From Takakia lepidozioides (lineage: Eukaryota; Plantae; Bryophyta), in the NCBI GenBank assembly GCA_030704615.1, contig CM060731.1, positions 40,734,001-40,798,000 on the forward strand: a DNA stretch of 64,000 bases, in the 5' to 3' direction. Made by a program: the position numbers and the translations under genes. This document shows, piece by piece, positions 56,898-64,000 of the stretch; the first letter of the stretch is position 1; every line of letters starts with the position of its first letter. The notes beneath the pieces are model-generated. The model had not been told where the DNA came from. It saw only the letters and a program-made list of their open reading frames with translations, and ran no database searches.

Positions 56898-58600
56898 ATG
56901 GCTGTGTGGGATGCGAAACAAGTTTTTCATCAGACCAGTGGAAGAGATTGCTTTTCCACCATCCCCACTGCTTGCAAAAGGCAACCACGAGAGGGACTCC
57001 ATAAGGACTCTATGCACACTTTGAGGTCAGTGAGGACATTATGTAAGACAGGACGACTGAAAGAGGCACTGCATCATTTGAACCAACAATGCATTCAGGC
57101 AGATTCGCAGACTTACATCTCTGTCTCGCAGGAGTGCATCAACGTGAAAGGCCTTTCAGAGGGAAAGCAGGTGCATGCCCACATTATTCAAAATTGATTC
57201 AGGCCAAACATCTTGGTACTCAACAACCTTGTGAACATGTATGTCAAGTGCGGGAGTGTGGTGGATGCACGGCAAGTGTTTGACAAAATGTCTGAACGAG
57301 ATATTTTTACTTGGAACATAATGATAGCGGGATATGCCAAGCATGGGTTGGGATAGCTTTCAAAATCTATGAGCAACTGCAACGGGAAAGGGGGACACCT
57401 GACAAGTTCACCTTCGTCTGCATTCTGAATGCGTGTTCAAGCCTCGGGGCCTGGGAAAAAGCCAAAAAGGTCCATGCTGATATCATAAAAGTGGGAATTT
57501 CAAGAGGTGTCATTCTTGAGACAGCCCTTGCTAACATGTATGCCAAATGTGGGAGCATGAAGGATGCGCATAAAGTGTTTAACAAAATGGCTCAGCAAAA
57601 TGTTGTCTCCTGGAGTGCAATGATTGCAGGATATGCTCAGCAGGGGTGTGGCAGGGAGGCTTTGGAGATGTAAATGCAATGGGAAGGGGTGATACCCAAC
57701 AGGGTCACATTCATTTGTGCTCTCAATGCTTGTGGTAGCATCGGAGCTTTGGAAAAGGGTAGAGACATTCATGCTGACATAATCAAAGCTGGAACTGCGT
57801 GGGACACTATTCTGGAGACTGCACTTACTGACATGTATGCTAAATGCAGGAGCATAAAGGATGCCCGTCGAGTGTTTGACAATATGGCTAAACGAAATGT
57901 TTTATCATGGAACGCCATGATCACAGGATATGCTCAGCATGGGTTGGGTAATGAAGTTTTGGAGATCTATGGGAAAATGCATGAGGAAGGGGTGAAGCCG
58001 GACAGGTTCACATTTACTGGTGTTCTCAATGCGTGTCCTATCTTGGAGCCCTGGAAATGGGCAAGAAAATCCATGCTGACATCATAAAAGCTGGAATACC
58101 TTCAGATAAAAACCTGGAGACTGCACTTGGAGACATGTATGCCAAGTGTGGGAGCATGAAGGATGCACATGAAGTGTTCAAGAGTACAGCTGGGCGAGAT
58201 AGTCTCATGGAATGCCATGATCACAGCATATGCCTACCATGGGTGTTGTAGGGAGGCCCGGCTACTATTCAAACAAATGCAACAGGAAGGCTTAAAGCCA
58301 GATGGTGTCACTTTTATATCCCTTCTCTCTGCGTGTAGACAAGTGGGCCTAGTGGATGAAGGCCGCCACTACTTTGATTCCATGAGCCGAGATCATGGTG
58401 TAACACCTACTGCAGAGCACTTTGGGTGCATGGTAGACCTTGGTCGTGCAGGGCGGCTGGAGGAGGCAGAGAACTTGATAAACCAAACTCCAATTGACCC
58501 GGATTCTTCAGTATGGGGTGCCTTGCTTGCTGCCTGCAGAACCCATGGCAATGTGGAGGTAGCTGAACGTGCTGCCAAAGGCCTTCTCAAGCGGGGTTCA
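56898..58600 (+). pseudogene. PLS-class PPR pseudogene truncated in the E domain
   Basis: Repeated MYAKCGS..DA..VF..M...NVVSW.AMI.GYAQ motifs; nonsense codons at 57195 and 57671; frameshifts near 57350, 58035 and 58195; homology stops after VWGALLAACRTHGNVEVAERAAKGLLK. Confidence 0.92.
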
Positions 58601-58929
58601 CATCCTGTGCAACTAATCTCTTGCAAGGTGAGACAATAAAGTAAAGATGGGGGAACCGACAAAGGATCACATGGAGCCACGTGCAAGCTGTGTTGAGATC
58701 AAATATACATTCATGTAGATGACACACAGAAAATGATCAAGTATATGTTGAGCTGCAAAGATTTCTTGAGTTATTTGTTGAACCTTGGCACATGCCTGAT
58801 ACATATGCAAGTGGAGCACAAAATAGTTTTGTTTGACACAAACTTCTTCAGTTTTGGAATTTTGTTGACAATTTTGTAGAATGCATAAGGTTGAACATGT
58901 GATTTTGGAATTTGTTGTCAACAAAGGTA

Positions 58930-59185
58930 TGCATCTGGCTGTATCATCCCACCAGCCAGCTGCAGCATAGATGTTTGATAGCAGCACCTACAATGCCGCT
59001 TGCTGGTGATCCAACTTGAGTACAGCATGCTGTTATAGGCACCAAGCAAAGCCCACACTATGTGCTTGGACTGGCATATTCTGAATAAAATCCTCTGCCC
59101 TCCAAATTGCCCTGCACGGCCAAGACGGTCTGCCATGCATCAAAATGCTCCAATGTAGATGTGAGAGCATGATCATGATCCTAAA
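58930..59185 (-). pseudogene. Inverted PPR S2/E1/E2 fragment
   Basis: Broken frames give MADRLGRAGQ, VWALLGA and [17 protein letters not shown]. Confidence 0.85.
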
Positions 59186-60109
59186 ATGAAAGTACAGTAT
59201 TAGCAACCGGCAACCTTATGTCACTTTGGCTGATTGTTTGATATTACTTCAACTGCACTCATGAAAACAACAGTAATAATGTAAGAATCTGAGGGTACAT
59301 TTGCTAGTTTCTGGGTAGCATGTGAGCATAAGCTTACTCACTCCGATGTGAGCATGCTCATGCAAAGCATACTAAAGGATTCTATAGACTCCTGAAATAT
59401 CCAGAGAATATGCTACAATGAAACACAAATATGGTCACACGACAAACTTACGAAACGAGTTCAAAATTTGTGCTCTACGCAAAACTATCTTGGGGGTTCT
59501 GTTTCGTCAACAAAACTCATTGTGCTAGCATAAGCACAAATTTTGAAGTAGTTTTGCTAGTGAAATACTGCATTTTCGGTTTTTCTTTTTTTTGGTTTGT
59601 GTCATGTGAGCCCTCAGGAACTGCCATATACGTTGTCTCTCTCTCGTGAGTACAAATTTTCGAGGTAGTTTTGCTAGCGAAATATTGTTGTTAATAATAA
59701 TATTATAGTTAAGATGAGGCACAAGCGATCCTTTAGAAAAGGGAAATTGAGACCTCTAAAAGAAAGTTGAGCGAGGAAGCGTGTAGCATGTCTCTTTCTC
59801 TGCTGATATCTAGCTCCTGTCGTCTTCACATGTAGCTGGCTCTGGCCATCTTTTGGCCATCGCTCTCTGATTTCATCCCCTTCTTTTTTATCCTCCCTGC
59901 ATTCCCTTACACACGCAGTAAGATCTCAGGAAGGCTATAGTGCTTAGAGCCTTTCCTCCTTTTTCCTTTCTGCCTCTCAATCTGCTGGACTCCATGGTAA
60001 GTTGGTGTCTTTTATGGCCTTCCCCTTTCTATTTAGCTCTGCAACCCTTATCATCCACTGTAGTTTCATTTCTAGTGTGACCTCTATTATTGCTTCTCGG
60101 TCAATCAGA

Positions 60110-60500
60110 AGATGGAACATGATTCTTCTAGTTCACCATCTGCAACTTTTTCTTTGACAAAATGATGTCTAATCGCAATATGCTTGGTTCTGTCACGAAG
60201 AACTGGGTTTTCAGAGAGTTTAATTGCACTTTGATTGTCGACCATGATTTTCGTTGGTTCTTGTTCGTCGATTGCTTGAATTTCTCCAAACGATCTCCTC
60301 AGCCACACAGCCTCTTTTGCTCCACTCGTCATGGCCATATATTCGGCTTTTGTGGATGAAAGAGTTGTGCATGGCTGCTTTCTGCTACCCCATGTGATTG
60401 GACTCATCCCAAACAAAACAGGTAACCTGTTGTTGATTTGCGATCGTGAATGTCTCCAGCCCAGTCGGCCTTTTTCAGCCTCCATGGTGTACTCTGTGAG
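60110..60500 (-). mobile_element. Ty1/copia RNase H fragment
   Basis: SPITWGSRKQPCTTLSSTKAEYMA...KEAVWLRR...VDNQSAIKLSENPV..RTKHIAIRHHFVKEKV. Confidence 0.9.
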
Positions 60501-62593
60501 GTTATTTTTTCCTCGCCAGTCTCTTAATAAAATTCTAGCCAGGGCCTTGTGAGGGCTGGATTCCTACCTACCTGTTTTTGGGCATGGATGAATGACGATG
60601 CGGATGAAGCAGGATGTGCACACTCGTTGAGTATGATGGATGGAGCAGTCCTGGATGGATGAGGCTAGAATAGCCGTTACGTTTTCACTCTCCAGGGGAT
60701 GGGGTTTTTTCACATAAGGGTTTTGTCCTTCGCTCAACTTGCAGAGCAAGGTTTTCCCTTCTGAGGTTTTTTCATCCCATCTTTGTGAAACTCTTGATGC
60801 TTTGTCTTCGTTTTTCTGCTCACTGGAGCTCGCACCCTCGCATGCCAGTAGGTTTTACATATGTAATGCGTAGATTCCACCTACCTAGATATTCCGTTAT
60901 TACGATGGATGTAGATGATAAAAGCGGATGAAACACCGCTGGCTGTCTGTTAATAAAACAGCTTGTCTTATGTCAACAGCTAGATTATCCCTAAGATGGG
61001 TGATGTGGCATCCTAACTGGATGGACACTTCACTATAATCTGAGGAACCAATCAGGGCAAGACAGGATAGGATCATGGGCTTTGGATTATAAAATGGATC
61101 AACTGGAAACCTAAGGGACCAGTGTGCGTTTGGTGATCATTGTGGTGTAAGGTGTGTGACGCAACGTACTCTGGATGCATGGATGTACAGAGTTGCCTTT
61201 CGTAGGAATCAGACTCCTCTTCAATAGGTCCCTTCTAGAGCTTCTTCTTTTGGCTCATCTCAAGGCTTTGGGCTCTTTCATCATCATCACTAAGGCACCA
61301 TAGTTTAGCCACGATCCGGCTTGTTCATGCTGTTCACCCCGTTCCTTTATGGCATCCCTGGAGGTTATTTTTTCCTTTGTTCTCTTGTTTTCCCCTATTT
61401 TCAATAAACTTGTCCAGGGCCTCTACCCCATGTTCATAATAATAATAATAATAATAAACTAAATAATTTATAAAAACAGATCAAATGAATTAAAATAAGG
61501 AAAAAATATAAAAAGCGGGTGACCGGTATGACAGCGGTCGCCCAGAAAGAAAAAGACATAACATAATGATATGATAATGATATATATAATGACCGGTAGA
61601 ACGGTCGCCCTTGCTCGGGAAAAATTAAGTAAATAAAAAATAAAACCAAATTATGTATTGTAAATAAGTAGGTTGTTCCCAACAAGTAGGTTGTTTACAA
61701 GTGAGTTGTTCGGAAAGCCTCTCATTTTTTAATAATTGGGAGTTTATGTCTCACATGTGGGCCAGGACGCACGGCCACAGGTTTGCCCAGCCACCCCCGC
61801 AGCGCCCGCAGTCCCCCCACCCCGCGGGTCAGTCCACTCGACTCGCCTCGGGTGGTCTGCCCACTGCCGATGCATGTCGTCCGGCAGACCACCCCGAAAC
61901 CCGCACACAACACCAGACCCTCGCACACGTGGCACGCATCTGCCCGTCCAAATCCGGTTTTATTCAGACCGTCGAGATTTAGGGCATGCCATCGCAGTCA
62001 CTGATCTCGTGAGACCCCTTTGCTCTTTTTTCTGTTTCCTCCTCTGTCGTCTTCCCTATCGTCTCTTGTTGTTGTTTGTTGTTTGATTGTTTGGAACCAA
62101 CAGACTCATGCGGTTGTGAAGAATCATGTAACATGACTCCGTGACCAATGTGACAGACCTGTGCGGCAGACCCGGGCGTCAGATCCGTGCGACAAACCCG
62201 CTTGACAGACCCGTGTAGCAAACCCTCAAAATAAACCCAACAGCAGACCGGTATGACGGAGACCTAGGGCAGACCACCTCGGAAGACCCCGACGGCGGCC
62301 ATTATTGTGCCGCCGGGACATTTGATGTTTCGGCACCAATCCAATGGGCCGCGTGTATGGCGTGCATGGACTCTTCCACACATGTGCATGGCCTCGACTG
62401 CACGCGTGCTCCTATCACTTTTAGCAGTGAGCCGTTACGTTGGGGCTGTCACCTCTTCCTCCTCTTCCGTCTTAATTTCGCGTCTCTCCACTTTGCTCCT
62501 GCACGCTCTGTGTTGCGGTTCGCGGTTTCTGCCTCTTCGATAGGAGCACGACGATTCGTTTCTAGCGCCTGCCCGTTCATCAAAGGTCGCGTG

Positions 62594-63150
62594 CACTACA
62601 ACAAGATGTGATTTTTAGCACAGTGTGTTTCGCTGTTTTCAAAGTCGTTTCAGGCATGTTTTACTACACCGCCCATAGTGCTAAAAACCAAGTCAAAAAC
62701 AGTCATGCCTGAAACGACTATCCCGAATAGTGAAACAAACGTATGATGTCTCCCGAAGGGAGCGTAACTTATGGTGTCACTTCACCACAAGGGCTACTGC
62801 CTTCCAGCTCAAAGGTGGACACCTTCATGACACACCAGACCGTGGTTTGAACCCACAACCACATCCAACGTGGTATGTGCCCATCACCACGGGGCTACAT
62901 GCCGGTGGAATAACTTTACTATGGTGGAGCCCACTATTTTTTTCCAGGTAGGAGTTGGGGCAGTAAACCGTTTCACTATGACAATACACCAAGTAGTTTC
63001 ACTACTCAGTTTCACTATGACGTGTATTAACGTGCCTGCACTCACCATTACACGTGTAGTTGACAAAATTACTACATAGTGGATCATGGTGTTGTAACTT
63101 TCACTGTATAGTGAAACATAGACACCTAGTAGTTCATTTTACTACTATGG
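62594..63150. mobile_element. CACTA-like non-autonomous element end with subterminal repeats (SINE nested inside)
   Basis: Begins cactacaacaa at 62594; multiple tttcactat / atagtgaaac motifs in both orientations; matching right TIR not found. Confidence 0.45.
62741..62906 (-). mobile_element. tRNA-derived SINE, family B, copy 3
   Basis: Closely similar to 44905-45063 (gggagcgtaacttatggtgtcactt...gaacccacaaccacatccaacgtggtatgtgccc). Confidence 0.85.
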
Positions 63151-63508
63151 AGTTGTGATTTTAGGTCATTGATTTCAATTGGACATTTGGGGTGAGATGA
63201 GACTCTGGGGCCATTTATATTTTAAATCTTCCAAAGATCCTGTCTGATGAGCCTGTTCCTGTGCTGCTTCATGAAGAGAAGCCCGGGGCAGACCACATGA
63301 TGGCAGATGTTCTGTGTATAGTGCAGGTCTGAGGAGAAAATGGCCAAGTCTTCTGCACTAGCAAGTTGTTGAGCAAGAGTCGGCTAGTCTTTGGGAGACA
63401 TGAACTGCTCGCCCTGGTAGCCTACAGTCTGGTGAGCCTGTCTGGAAAGTCCTGAAGAAGACCCAAACTCTATAATGGGACTACCAAAGGAGATTTCAAA
63501 GGTTCATT

Positions 63509-64000
63509 TCACCAGTATTCGGCACACGAACAAACCCCATCTTGGAAGTGGTGAAAACGGTTGGCATCCCGTACAACAATAGCTCGCCCAATAATCTTTG
63601 AGATGAACTTCGTGGCCGTATGGCAGTCACCACACACTCTAAGGTTCTTGATGACACGGACTTGTGTGCCAGGGGGCGTACTGATGAGCCCAAAGGCAAT
63701 GGCCAGCTTCTCACTGTGGTGGTGAAGAGAAAATTCTTTTTGCTCCTCCACCACATCATGCAATACAAAACGGGTGTCAGGCACATACCCGACCTCCTTC
63801 ATCTGCACAGACAATCTCTTCAGCTCAGCATGTACTTCCTCAATTCGTGGATGCGACGAGTCCTCCACCATGAATGTATGCACCTGGTTGTCAACCTCTA
63901 TGCAGCTGTATCCTGCCTGCTTCCTGACCCCTCTGTCCCTCATCATTTTTCTCACTGTTGCAGTATCATCCCACCTGCCGGCAGCGGCATAGATGTTTGA
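63509..64000 (-). CDS. 3' end of a PLS-DYW PPR RNA-editing factor (E2/E+/DYW); the gene continues beyond the window
   Basis: [12 protein letters not shown]...[10 protein letters not shown]...[13 protein letters not shown]...[11 protein letters not shown]...[10 protein letters not shown]...[20 protein letters not shown]; catalytic HxE and CxxC intact. Confidence 0.93.
   Translation of the reverse strand, partial: SNIYAAAGRWDDTATVRKMMRDRGVRKQAGYSCIEVDNQVHTFMVEDSSHPRIEEVHAELKRLSVQMKEVGYVPDTRFVLHDVVEEQKEFSLHHHSEKLAIAFGLISTPPGTQVRVIKNLRVCGDCHTATKFISKIIGRAIVVRDANRFHHFQDGVCSCAEYW

Noticed and set aside
57195-57673. Stops in the PPR gene repaired by U-to-C RNA editing
   Set aside because: Plant U-to-C editing is organellar; this is a nuclear locus and it also has frameshifts.
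60850-61170. Solo LTR belonging to the copia fragment
   Set aside because: No second copy, TSD, PBS or PPT could be identified.

Overview
Eukaryotic nuclear DNA with GT-AG introns, most likely from a non-seed land plant (bryophyte- or lycophyte-like; inferred from gene content, not proven). Three intact spliced genes can be reconstructed: an ASR (ABA/WDS) gene (11073-12213, +, 2 exons), a nucleobase-ascorbate transporter gene (20967-25102, +, 14 exons), and a 7-exon gene fusing an N-terminal DOG1 domain to an ankyrin module closely resembling that of SKOR/GORK-type Shaker K+ channels (32953-27527, -). Immediately upstream of it lies the 3' half of a hybrid histidine kinase (HATPase C-terminal half plus receiver), with no sensor or HisKA part visible in the window. 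The right end is a PLS/DYW PPR cluster: one pseudogene, one inverted E-domain fragment, and the intact-looking DYW end of a gene running off the window. The rest is a transposon mosaic: two tRNA-derived SINE families, L1/Tx1-like LINE remnants (one with its RT core replaced by a TIR element), a non-L1 LINE fragment, a hAT MITE with a perfect 8-bp TSD, a copia RNase H fragment, a CACTA-like end and a possible Helentron-type terminus. Top candidates for follow-up are the DOG1-ankyrin fusion with its uORF-rich leader, the headless kinase-receiver locus next to it, and a covarying 3' stem-loop shared by four retroposon tails. All calls were read by eye; no database searches were run.
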